Assembly: GCA_002269645.1 (NCBI GenBank) | Contig: NIVC01002998.1 | Location: 62,001 to 126,000, forward strand | Length of the DNA stretch: 64,000 bases | Origin: Macrostomum lignano | Lineage: Eukaryota | Direction of reading: 5' to 3' | In this document: positions 34,201 through 45,505 of the stretch, piece after piece | Layout: each line of letters starts with the position of its first letter | How positions within the stretch are numbered: position 1 is the first letter of the stretch | Notes under the pieces: model-generated | Seen by the model: only the letters and a program-made list of their open reading frames with translations | Told to the model about the DNA's origin: nothing | The model's database searches: none | Position numbers and translations under genes: made by a program

Positions 34201-35404
34201 TACACGGTTGACTTCAAAAATAGTTTCGCCCACGTTTCAACTGACATTCCTTTGATATTCTATTGGCTATCCTTCGTTTTCCAAGAAGTTGTCGACTTCC
34301 GCAGACGGAGGAAGCGGCGCAGCTATCTCGTATGCGGCCGCCTCTGCAGATGGCCCACTTATTTTGAGGACTTACTGAACTTTCTAGAATGGCTCGTAAT
34401 TGTTTTTTTACTGGTTGGTCTGATTTTGAAATGGATACTGCTTGCTAATTCGCTACCTTTAACTGCAGCATACCCCTGTCAGATGGTATTTAGCGTCGCT
34501 TTCGGCCTGCTAATGTTTCGGGCAGTGCACTTTTTGAGCCTATCAGCCGTCATTGGTCCTGTAATAACGATGCTATGGAGTCTAGTATTCAATGACTTGC
34601 TGCCATTTCTGGCAATTATCGCCGTCATCATAATCGCTTTCGGAGTGTTTTTCTTCAACCTACTTTTCTCTGTGACTGGAGTGAACACCCAGTCAACTTA
34701 CTACAACAGTCCTTGGTACAGCTGGGACGCCACTGTTGCAGCGATAACTCTACCATTTAACATACTGTTTACAAACTTTGAGAAGCTAGAATTTGGGAAG
34801 ACGTTAACGAATATCACGATTGGAAAATCAGCCCACACGCAAGGAATCGGAGTGTTTGAGAATCTGATGCTGTTCCTTTTCATGGGGCTGGTGAACATTG
34901 TTATGCTGAACCTACTGATCGCGCTCTTCAACCTTCGGGTCAACCGCATGGCTAATGAAGCTCTGGGGATCTGGCGAAGGACGTACTTCGGCATGCTGAA
35001 GGAGTACCAAAACTTGAGTCCGGTTCCGCCACCGCTGTCATTTCTGTGGTACATCTACGATTGCTTTGTGAGAAAATGCTCTTGCAAAAAATGTAAAAAC
35101 TCTGCGGGAGTGGCTCCGAAGAAGAAGGTTTGTTTTGTTTTTTTAATGGCGCGGTGACTCAGTAGGCTAATTGACAATTGTTTTGTCTCTATTTCAGACC
35201 GAAAACTGGTGGCGTGACCCTAAAAAGTATCCCGAGGAGTACATGGATTTTCTGGAGTTCCAAGCTAACCAATTAAGGCGGTTCCGCGCTTCTCTGCTAT
35301 CCAATTCCAACTCCAATAGCCGAGATGATCTCATTGATCAATTGAGTCATCGATTGAAAGTACTGGAAGAACAGACTCAGGCGGTACATGAGAAGCTGAA
35401 GTAA
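31216..35404 (+). CDS. Ankyrin-repeat TRP cation channel (1372 aa); exons 31216-35127, 35198-35404
   Basis: About 12 ankyrin repeats (G.TPFHFAA, GNTVAHYAA, GNTCLHIAA, GATCFHFAC...). Six-TM block with S6 LFMGLVNIVMLNLLIALFN, TRP helix IWRRTYFGMLKEYQNLSPVPPP, C-terminal coiled coil. 70-bp phase-0 intron AAG|GTTTGT...TTTCAG|ACC. Confidence 0.93.
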
Positions 35405-36215
35405 CCAGCTGGTTAAAACAAATATTCCATTATTTTTTCGTTTATGCAAGGCTCTTTAATGACCAATAATTTTCATTCTATAGCATATTTTGAGGAGAAC
35501 TAAGTCTTCAAAGAAAGCTATTACAGTGTAGGCTTCCAATTAAGAGTTTGCAAAGGTTACAAACAAATCCTGTTTTGAATTGTTGGCACAAGAAAAGCGA
35601 CACAAGGAACAAGGAAATATTTCAAAGGCATTGCCAGTGGCGTACGCAGGGGGGGGGGGGGCCGCGGCCCCCCTTCCTCAATCGCCCGCCAAAAAAATTT
35701 GATAGTATTGCTATTCAGGTATTCTTGTTAAAGCAAAATCCATTTACTCAGAAAAACAAAAAATTGCAAGTATTCTAGTATTCTGTTACTCAAGTGTAAT
35801 TGAGATTGAAATGGAAAATACGTTATTCATTGCAAAAAACTTTGATAATCCGCTCTTTTGACATCCGGTTTTTTCACTGTTCGAGCCATTGCTATGGTCA
35901 GTTTGAAAATATTTATATTTTAACAAATGTAGGGTATAAATTTGAACAGTAATTTTGTGATTGAAATATTTTTATTCGGTTCTGTGGACACTTCAAAGAC
36001 TTTTTGTTTATGCACAGATTTACGATTTTTATATATTCGAATGTTTATTCTAGAATTTTAGTATCAACGCTCTATTTATTGTTCGAGCAAATGCTATAAA
36101 ATTAATAAGAAAAATTCTTTTAACATGCAAATATCTTTAAATTATACTCGTAGTTTCACCTCTGGACAGTGTCTCATTAAGACAGTGTCTCTAAGAACAT
36201 TTTATTCTGCGATAT

Positions 36216-36484
36216 CCCCTGCCACCGATTTCCAGTCACTAATCCCCCTGCCACCGATTTCCAGTCACTGATTCCCCTGCCACCGATTTCCTGTCACTAA
36301 TTCCCCTGCCACCGATTTCCTGTCACTAATTCCCCTGCCACCGATTTCCAGTCACTAATTCCCCTGCCACCGATTTCATGTCACTAATTCCCCTGCCACC
36401 GATTTCCTGTCACTAATTCCCCTGCCACCGATTTCCTGTCACTAATTCCCCTGCCACCGATTTCCTGTCACTAATTCCCCTGCT
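36216..36484. repeat. 29-bp minisatellite (CCCCTGCCACCGATTTCCTGTCACTAATT), ~9 copies
   Basis: Directly visible. Confidence 0.93.
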
Positions 36485-36525
36485 AACAATTTCACGTCAC
36501 AAATTTCATGAGCGCTTCTTGTCTG

Positions 36526-36742
36526 TGGGTGAGCGCCCCTGCCTCTGGGTGGGGGCGCCCCTGTATCTTGGTGGACGCCCATATCTCTGGGTGAGCGCCC
36601 ATATCTCTGGGTGGGCGCCCCTATCTCTGGGTGGGCGCCCCTATCTCTGAGTGGGCACCCCATTCTTTGGGTGGGCGCCCCTGTATCTTTGTGGGCGCCC
36701 CTTTCTCTTGGTGGGCGCCCCTTTCTCTTGGTGGGCGCCCGT
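36526..36742. repeat. ~20-bp GC-rich tandem repeat (GGGCGCCCCTATCTCTGGGT), ~10 copies
   Basis: Directly visible; GGCGCC core repeated. Confidence 0.9.
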
Positions 36743-37158
36743 GTCTTACAGGCCGATGGACGCTACGCTAAGAACAAACAAAAATTGAGCTCCTGTCATT
36801 TGTCCAACTTGTTGGTCTATTTTAATTTAGTATTTGGAGATGCGCAATCTTTCTGGCGGCGATTGAACAATGATTGCAATGACATTGGTTGAATTCTGCT
36901 ATGAGTGACAACATGGGTTATACATGTAACAGGCAAATCTATTCCAATTACTAATATTTTACAAGCCTGAAATACTACCTAGTAGGACAAAAGCACATCT
37001 ATTTAGAAATTAGGCCTATCTTAAACTTGGTTTGTATCGAATTATTTGTTTTAATTTTTTTATTAAAATAGACAATTTTGTTTTCTTTTTCATCAAATAA
37101 CCTATTTCTATTGGTAACTGACTGACTCCCATTATTTTCATCAAGTTAAACAACCTAA

Positions 37159-37931
37159 TTAGGCCCTAGCATTGGTAAACTTGCATAACATTTCCAATAG
37201 ATCGTCAGTAACGAACATTGAAAAGAAACTTCCGACTCCATTCTCAACGTCGGCGGGAACGTGAACTTCATGATTCAGGCCTTCAACACCGAAAAATTCC
37301 ACATCAGCGCTTTCTCGTGTATCCGTCTCCTCAGTCACGCCTCGCCACTGCATTTCAGCATCATCGCCTTGTTCTTCAGTCACATCTTCATCCATAGATT
37401 CCTCCTCTAAAATCTCGTCCTCGGAGCCGTCGTCAGAATCGCTCGAGACCTCAGCTGGCCCACCACGAAGACCCACAAGAGCCTGACGAATAAACTGCAT
37501 GGCCATATTCGATACAAAAAGCTCTAATTTAAATAACTTATAATGTAACAGCGATACAAAGTAAAGCCTATAACTTTACAAACAGGGTATATACACAAAT
37601 GGAAAGTGTACTAAAATGTTCATACACAAAATAGTATAAAAAGTAACACAGGAAAAATAAATTTAACCGTAATAAAGAAACACACAAACCAGGCGGTCAA
37701 TCGGTGGAGCTGTGAATTAAAGAAGATCGAAATCAAACGATTATAAACGCCGTAAAATAATAAGCCGCTCGTAAAGAAAGAAAGATAGGCAAAGCGAAAA
37801 ATTCCCGCCTATAGCCGGCACTTAAGGGTGTGCTGCCAAAATTTTTGCGGCCACAAAATATTCTATGGTACGCTATGCGTACCATCCGTCACTTGCATGA
37901 GTGAGACCCAAATGCATCAGTGTGGAAGAGG
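37159..37931 (-). mobile_element. Truncated piggyBac-like element: left terminus plus N-terminal transposase fragment (ORF 37159-37506)
   Basis: Minus strand begins TTAA|CCTCTTCCAC. Subterminal palindrome ATGGTACGC-TAT-GCGTACCAT (37865-37885). ORF has an acidic N-terminus followed by FFSMFVTDDLLEMLCKFTNARA, typical of piggyBac/PGBD N-termini. No DDD core or second end found. Confidence 0.7.
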
Positions 37932-39768
37932 TTAACCTGTAAATTCTAAATTTGCAGATCGCTCTCGTACTGTATGGACTACTAGCAGTAGGCTGCCAGC
38001 GTTTTTTGTGTGTTCGTCCTCCAAATCTTACGATTATCAATATTTGACATACATGTAGTTTTGCTTATTAATAACATATTTTTAGGTCACATATTGTACT
38101 CTCTGAGGGATTACTTGCTCGCATTAAGATATTTTAGTTTTTGGTCTTCATGATGATGAAGTTGCCAATCATTTTTACAACGGATTTTATAAGTTTTGGC
38201 CCAGAAAGTCTCATGTGATTTTTTAATTTAGTTCTTATTATTCTTCGTTGATATGGAATCAAAGATCATTGTTCTGGTCTCACCAGACAATCACGTCGAC
38301 CTCCGCGGTAGCTGAAATTATTGATCCAGTCAATAATGAGAAGCAACATTGTTTATATTGACTAAGATCGGTAGATGTACTCGAAAAAATATTTGAGTGC
38401 AAGATTACAAACTCAATGATAAAAAACAAACATCGTTCAACAAAGTAATTTAAGCAAGACTATTTAATTAAAAATTCGATACCTGCTTATTTCATTCAAT
38501 CATAGTTTGATTTGTTCTTCCAAAAACAATAAAGCCATCGGCCTACGCGAAAGTCCTTCATCGCTAGAGTTATATTTCCAGTTCGTGATAATCATTTCCC
38601 ATGTCCCACGCACTCAAATCCCAGTTCCTATTTAGGACTTACTTATCACAGCTCTATATCGACCAAGTAATTACCGGAACTCTAATCCTACTCATTTTTT
38701 TCGCACCTATCTTACCATCCTCATCTACTTTCCACTCTTCCTCTCTGTCATTCGCGTGCAGAGTCCCACAGATCTTCCCTCAGCCCTTAGCAACAGCAAT
38801 TTTCCACGAATCCTATTCCCGATCATCCGATAGGCCTCCCAGCGTCCTCGCTTAGTGCTGTGCCATGCTTATATGGAGTAGTTTTCCATAAAAGTATCTG
38901 GCCACTTCAGGCTCTTCCGCGCAGCTCACTTCCCTCATCCTCTCTCTCTCTCTCTCTCTGTTCCTCATTCGCTCTCCCCTCCTACTTAAGCTACCTTCAG
39001 TCTCTGCTTGCGCATGATCCTGCAGCAAAAAAGTGTCTATAAGCCCTTAGGCGCTATTTCTGCTCCCCCCCTCTTAGCCTTCGTCCTCCGGAATATCCTC
39101 CGGTCGGGTCTCCCCATCTCTTCCTCTTGATCGTCCCGGCCCGTCCCCTCTTCACATCGCTCCCAAGCCCTCCATTCTTCAATTTTGCGGCCCTAGCCAG
39201 CGGCTATAAAGTAAGAAAGCGTCCAACAAACCTAATTTACTGCTGGCCCCGTTCAGGAGAGAGAATTAAAAAAAGAGCAGCATATACAACGGCTGCAACC
39301 GCGTCCTCGGCTCTTTTCCAGCAGAGCGCGGAGCCACCTGGACTTTGGCGAGTAAAAAGCTCCGTCAGAGTGTCTAGGTGGATCCAGCAACGGTGAAGCT
39401 GTAACGTTTTAACCTCCCCCTTCCCCAATTCGACTTTTTACCCCCCCCCCTCCCTGCCTGGCCGGTGGGCCATCCAGTTGTGTCCCAGCACGGCATCGAA
39501 GCTTCTCTATTTGTTCCTTTTCTTCCAGACTGAACGGTTGCACGAAATTTAAACCTTTTTTGATTACTGGATGCCCCACACAGCCTATATTTAGAGATTG
39601 CAACATGCCATGTAGCAGCAGTACGTCTAACCTTCGCTTCGCATGTAAACATTGATATATTCATCGCTAACGTACTAAGGTAAGTGTAATCATAATTTTT
39701 TCTAATTGCTAATGGGCTAGTTAGGTTATTAAGTACTGTTTCCTAAAAAAATATGTAGATGACAATGA

Positions 39769-40272
<504 letters not shown>

Positions 40273-40361
40273 GACACTATGACAGACAGTTGACCAAAAG
40301 CTATCAGCTATCAGCTAATCGCGTCAACTCACTTCCAGAACGTCAGCCGTGTATTTTGAGC

Positions 40362-40843
40362 ATGTCGAGTTCGTGTCTTCCCGAACCACCGAGTGACTGC
40401 GATAACAACACGGGTGGCGGCGACGACTTCAATGCAGCAGCTTCGAGAGGTTCACCCGTGACAGGCCTGTCCGTGCTCAACAGTCAGGACTCAGAGATGC
40501 AGATGCAGCTTGCCAGGCTATCCCGTCTGATGGCTCCAGCCGGTGGAAGCTCCACTGCGCTGCCACTAGAGTGCGACGCTGGATTCGAGAGCTCTTCTCT
40601 CTGCGGCAATTTCAACAATGTCGACCCGGAGTCCGATGATCGACCGACAGCCAAACAGAAGCGAGTAGCTCGCGTGGTGATGGCTGTCGCCTTCATTCTG
40701 CTGTCAATGTGCTTCGTGCTGATTGTTGTCACGCTGTCAATGTCTGATCACATTGACAGAATGGGTGAGTTTCCGGGAAGTGTGTTGAAATTAAAAAAGC
40801 GCATCTTTTTCTTCTGTCTACAGCATTGGAAAACGACTGTTAG
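40362..40843 (+). CDS. Small single-pass membrane protein; exons 40362-40764, 40824-40843
   Basis: Disordered N-terminus, basic KQKR, TM VARVVMAVAFILLSMCFVLIVVTLSM, then SDHIDRM. Donor ATGG|GTGAG and pyrimidine-rich acceptor CTACAG at 40823 give ...MALENDC*. Confidence 0.6.
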
Positions 40844-40852
40844 CACACTTCT

Positions 40853-41310
40853 CTCTTTACTCACCGTACTCTACTCTCTACTCACTGTACTCTACTCTCT
40901 AATCACTGTACTCTACTCTCTAATCACTGTACTCTACTCTCTAATCACTGTACTCTACTCTCTAATCACTGTACTCTACTCTCTACTCACTGTACTCTAC
41001 TCTCTAATCACTGTACTCTACTCTCTACTCACTGTACTCTACTCTCTAATCACTGTACTCTACTCTCTAATCACTGTACTCTACTCTCTAATCACTGTAC
41101 TCTACTCTCTAATCACTGTACTCTACTCTCTAATCACTGTACTCTACTCTCTAATCACTGTACTCTACTCTCTAATCACTGTACTCTACTCTCTAATCAC
41201 TGTACTCTACTCTCTAATCACTGTACTCTACTCTCTAATCACTGTACTCTACTCTCTAATCACTGTACTCTACTCTCTACTCATTGTACTCTATTTTATA
41301 CTCACTAAAC
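40853..41310. repeat. 21-bp minisatellite (CTACTCTCTAATCACTGTACT), ~21 copies
   Basis: Directly visible; produces the false ITVLYSL tail of ORF 40290-41315. Confidence 0.96.
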
Positions 41311-41796
41311 TCTAATCTCTGCTTTCGATCCAAAGATGAGACGGGATTGAAGGGTTGAGGTCTCTCTGCCCTAGACGCTTACGGAAAGGTTATTAATAGG
41401 CTTTTAGGCCATGCATTGGTTTCCATGCCTTGTTTCTATTCTACTCGTAGAGCATTGTTATAATTGTTATAATGACCAAGGAAGAAGCATTGCCAAAGAA
41501 TGTTATTTCTTCGGTGAAAAGTACCAACTAACAGAATGCAAATCGGAATGAAGGCTAAATGCTGATTACCTTATCAACTGAAGACTTATAAACGTAGACT
41601 TCTGGAAGACTCGACACTGAAGCTTAGGAATATTGGCTATAATGCTTTTAAAATCTTGAAAAAAATACTCTGGTATATTTAGCTTCTCAATCTTCTTACT
41701 AAGAAGTAGCAAGAAAAGAATATAGTTTTTCTCCTTTAGTTTCCTCAAGAAACTATTCAATCTGCATTTTATCTCTTTACTATAATTAGAGATAAA

Positions 41797-42054
41797 TTAC
41801 AAGCATTGATTGTTCATTTCAGTTCGAAAAGCTCTAATGCACAGTCTGAGCAAGGCCAGGTCGCAGTCAAGCTCTAAGTTGTCATCGGAGTTTCGACAGA
41901 CTTGGAATTTGGCTACCACTGCAGCATCAGCAACCGATAACTGATTGATGCAATGCAGATTCGTTTTAGTATATTTAAGAATACCGAAACCAAAAAACGC
42001 TGTGGGCTGCAAATGACAACATTGCTTGTTTATTTGTATCTGTGTAACGTACAT
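41797..42054 (-). CDS. Fragment of an unknown ORF downstream of PCIF1-like copy 1
   Basis: Shares VAK..VCRNS.DN.E.DCDLALL...IRA.RTEM..QC with 48400-48837; stops early here. Confidence 0.4.
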   Translation of the reverse strand: MYVTQIQINKQCCHLQPTAFFGFGILKYTKTNLHCINQLSVADAAVVAKFQVCRNSDDNLELDCDLALLRLCIRAFRTEMNNQCL

Positions 42055-42480
42055 GTACTGCTCGATTTAAACTAAATTAAGTGATTCCTGTTTTGCGGTT
42101 CATGGCTTAAAAATCATTATGAAGGTAAATAAAAAAGCTAAAGGTAATATTACTCGTAGATCGCGGCTCATTTCCCACGGTGAACTAGTAAAAGTAGGTT
42201 AAGTGTAGGCAGAAGTGTAGCTTCTGGTGTCAAGTGGTTAAAATGAATAAAAAGGTTTCTTGAGAGGCGTCTGAAGAGTCTAAGTGCCACGCATTAAAGG
42301 AAAAGTAAAACTCAATTAAACGGATACTATACTCGTATGGAATCAGCTTTGAATTTTGTTAACAAACGTAATTATTGGTTAGAGGTTACGTTTATAATTA
42401 TAGAAAACGCCTGCTAGAAAAAGAACACAGCAAATTCTATAGAGTCTTGTAAGAAAGTAAACTCTGCAAAACCACAGGAG

Positions 42481-43554
42481 CTACTGACGCTGCACCATGC
42501 ACGCCTCCAGCCAGTCGTCGCGCACCCTCGCTTCGTTCACTTGGCTAATACCATTGCGCAACTCGATAAGATCTACGTCATCCGGCAGTTGGCCAAGTAT
42601 GAAGATGCAAATTCGAGCAAGAGGCCGGTAGATAATTCCATAGTTGTCCTGCTGAAGGAATTCTTGCTGATTAAAGTCGATCCTGGCCACCTTTTGGGGA
42701 GATTCGTCCAGCCGCTGCCAGCCCGGGTTGTCATCCCAGTGCGGGAAGGTGACAAAAAACCAAAACTTGCCTGGCTCCGCATCGTCCAGAGTTTCTAAGA
42801 CTCTCTCGGCAGTGGCGTTCAGCACAGGCTCCACAAAGGGCGGGCCGAGACTCCAGCCGCCCGGATATCCGGACAGGTCGAGGCGGAAGAAGTTTCCCAG
42901 ACTGCCAAACGCGGCGTCAGTGTCATTGAACAGGCTGCAGAACTTGACGCCATCTCGTCCCAGAAGGCGGCAGTTCAGAGGCGACGAGAAGCCCTCATAG
43001 GTGACGTGGCCAACGTCGTACAGAGCGTCGAGTCCCGACACGCACATGCCAGACTCACCGCCGTAGAACTTGCACAGATGAGCGTAGCGAAGGCACATCA
43101 GCGCAGTCGCGTCAGTGCCGTATGTTTGCGCCAGGTAGCGAATTCGAAGACAATTCCGGGTTTGGAAATCACCCACGAGTATATTTCCACTGGTTCCGCT
43201 CTCGGTGTATCGAACAGCAACATCAGGCAGTGGTTCATCCTCGAGATCAGTGCCCAGAAATTCTTCGATACTGTCGAACACCTGGTTGGATATTCTCTTT
43301 GCCGTATCTTCATTCGCGCGTAAATTCTGTTGCAGCATCCTCTCCAGTTCCGTCCTGAGGTTTTCATTAAACGGTTGCTGTGGCAACAACGGATAGGCAG
43401 CTTCTTGATCCGCTGTGTTGAAGAGTTGCACGATTTGCAGAAACCTACCAAACACGTTTAATGCGGCATTCTTGTGCTTATTCTCGGGACCCCATTTAGG
43501 AAGGGCTGTTCGAAAGTCTTGAAAAAGCCTTTCGATAAAATTGTATTGTCGCAT
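42481..43554 (-). CDS. PCIF1/CAPAM-like methyltransferase-domain protein, copy 1 (intronless, no WW domain, 357 aa from the internal Met)
   Basis: LRY...EGFSSPLN...FCSLF.DTD..FGSLGNFF...GGWSLGPPFVE...F..TFPHW matches the PCIF1 catalytic pattern (ECFASPLN...YCSAF.DTD..FGS.G...ANPPF...P.W). The original ATG at 43600 is out of frame. Confidence 0.85.
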   Translation of the reverse strand: MRQYNFIERLFQDFRTALPKWGPENKHKNAALNVFGRFLQIVQLFNTADQEAAYPLLPQQPFNENLRTELERMLQQNLRANEDTAKRISNQVFDSIEEFLGTDLEDEPLPDVAVRYTESGTSGNILVGDFQTRNCLRIRYLAQTYGTDATALMCLRYAHLCKFYGGESGMCVSGLDALYDVGHVTYEGFSSPLNCRLLGRDGVKFCSLFNDTDAAFGSLGNFFRLDLSGYPGGWSLGPPFVEPVLNATAERVLETLDDAEPGKFWFFVTFPHWDDNPGWQRLDESPQKVARIDFNQQEFLQQDNYGIIYRPLARICIFILGQLPDDVDLIELRNGISQVNEARVRDDWLEACMVQRQ

Positions 43555-45505
43555 CTCTTTGGCGATTTTTTTCCGGTTCTATTCCAGCGAATTCGGCCAT
43601 TATTTTCACACGGCTTGATTGTCTCAGTAATCGTTAGGGTAGTTTAGAGTGCAGATATTTGCAGCTCGGTGTTTTTTCAATGGCCTGTATTTATGTCGTT
43701 GCTCTCCAGCCGGTAGAGATTTTCATCGTTTATATTTCCAAGAAATGAAACAAAATCTACGACAATAAAAATTCTCGCTGACGCGAGCGAGGGCAGGGAA
43801 ATGTACAGTTTTGCAACTGAGGCAAAATTCCAGGAAATGGCTACTGTACATAACTCAGATCCAAATAACTGGATGTATAGTCTCTTCGGCCCTGAAAATT
43901 GTTTTTTTTAACTAGAAACAATAGCCCAAGTGGCGCGCGCCGCCACTCGCTCATTGTAGGCAGCGCTAGAGCAGCTTATGTCCAGACAAAAAGTGCGCAC
44001 AGTTATGTTCTTACCCCAAAAAGTCTGACCCCCGGCCTCAGTTCGTCTTTATGCAAAAGAGAGAGGCATACGAAGCTGCCGTGAAATGCGCAAGTACCTG
44101 CCGCAAAGTTTTGCTAGATTAATTTTCAAAATATATGATGAGACCATCTTCAATTCGAGCACAAGAACGATGACTTAACTGGACAAGCTTTTTATCTTCG
44201 AGTACTATTAGTAGCATTTAAAGCTCGACGCTTCGAATGATGGCAACCAAAAACTTGATCAAAGTGATATTTTCTAGAATTTTGCAACAAAAAGTAACTG
44301 GTCATTTTGAACATTGATTTTAAACTAGGATGACTGTAGGAAATTATTTTGAAGACAATTTCACTTCTAGGATTATAAACTCAAAGCTGAAGTTTCTAAT
44401 CGGTGTCATATCTTAACTGCAACAGGTACGAACAAGATTAATAATTAGATTTGCAGGAGGGTTGTGGGCACCCTTGCGTAGCATCTTCCCTGACATAGCT
44501 CTACAAACAGCACTGAGACAATTCTGCCTCAGTCTTTTTGTCCTTTTGTTTTCAGTCTTTTCTGCCTCACTCCGGAGCACATTAGCACGCTTCAAACATT
44601 AGCACATTAGCACGCTTCCTGACTTTCAAATCGTCAGGAATGTAACACTATGTGCCTTGTAGGTTGGCATACATGGGTGTAAATCGCATCGGCTAATTTT
44701 CGGGAACAAGCCCTAGATGAATCAAACCAGAGGTACGCTCGTAGTGGTGCGAGAGTCAAATTAGTTTACTACTGGCTTACCATCTGGAGACAATGGCGCA
44801 ACATTTGTGAGTGCGACTCTATGACTTGCTGTAGGTTTTTGTTTTTTGTCGTAGTCCAGATTTCAGGGTGACAGATCAGGACGTGCTCAACTTAATTCAA
44901 TCAAAATCAATTGATGAAATCTATGGCATCGTCTTCGCCCTCCCAGTATGATCAGCAGCATCTCGAACGGAGATAGATTAGAGACTAAGACGCTGAAAAG
45001 ATGCAACAGATTACCATGTCTCTTTCTACTTTAAAAAAGGTCTTTACGCTCAAACCAAGCCACTGGTAACTTTTGAGCATTCTACTTTTGCCAAACAACT
45101 TTCCAAACATGATATTTAATAGCAATTAGTAGCAAAACGTCCAAAAGCACAGTTCTAGACTTTTTATGCGTAAAATAGTTGCTGAGGATCTATCGAAATA
45201 TAGAGGGTATTCAGAGAAATTCAGTACATCAGAGAAATTGTCCTTGGGTATCTGGTGCCACATGTTGAAGGCCAAGACACTCTGCTTGGGCCACGACACT
45301 CTGCTTGGGCCAAGACACTCTGCTTGCTCCCGATGAGGCATCTGCGGTGTCAGCATGGGAAGCGCAATCTGCTAATTTCAACATTTCTACGGTGCTAAAA
45401 ACACCAACTCCAAGACTTAAAAAAAAAGTCCAAGCAGACTTTTCGACGAACATATCGGAAGCAGCACCGACGCCCACAGAGCCGACTCCTCCGGTGCTCC
45501 CTTCA

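Noticed and set aside
35148-35168. tRNA/A-box-like GGCGCGGTGACTCAGTAGG
   Set aside because: Only ~19 nt within a 70-bp intron, with no B box.
39409-39606. Possible hAT transposase N-terminal remnant (PFSLEEKEQIEKL)
   Set aside because: Only one short motif, non-ATG start and no further transposase motifs; insufficient support.
40765-41315. Multi-TM C-terminus of ORF 40290-41315
   Set aside because: Lies past a strong donor and consists of a 21-bp minisatellite.
42541-43451. Short overlapping/antisense ORFs on the PCIF1-like genes (and their duplicates)
   Set aside because: Shadow frames of GC-rich coding sequence; their stops and starts differ between copies.
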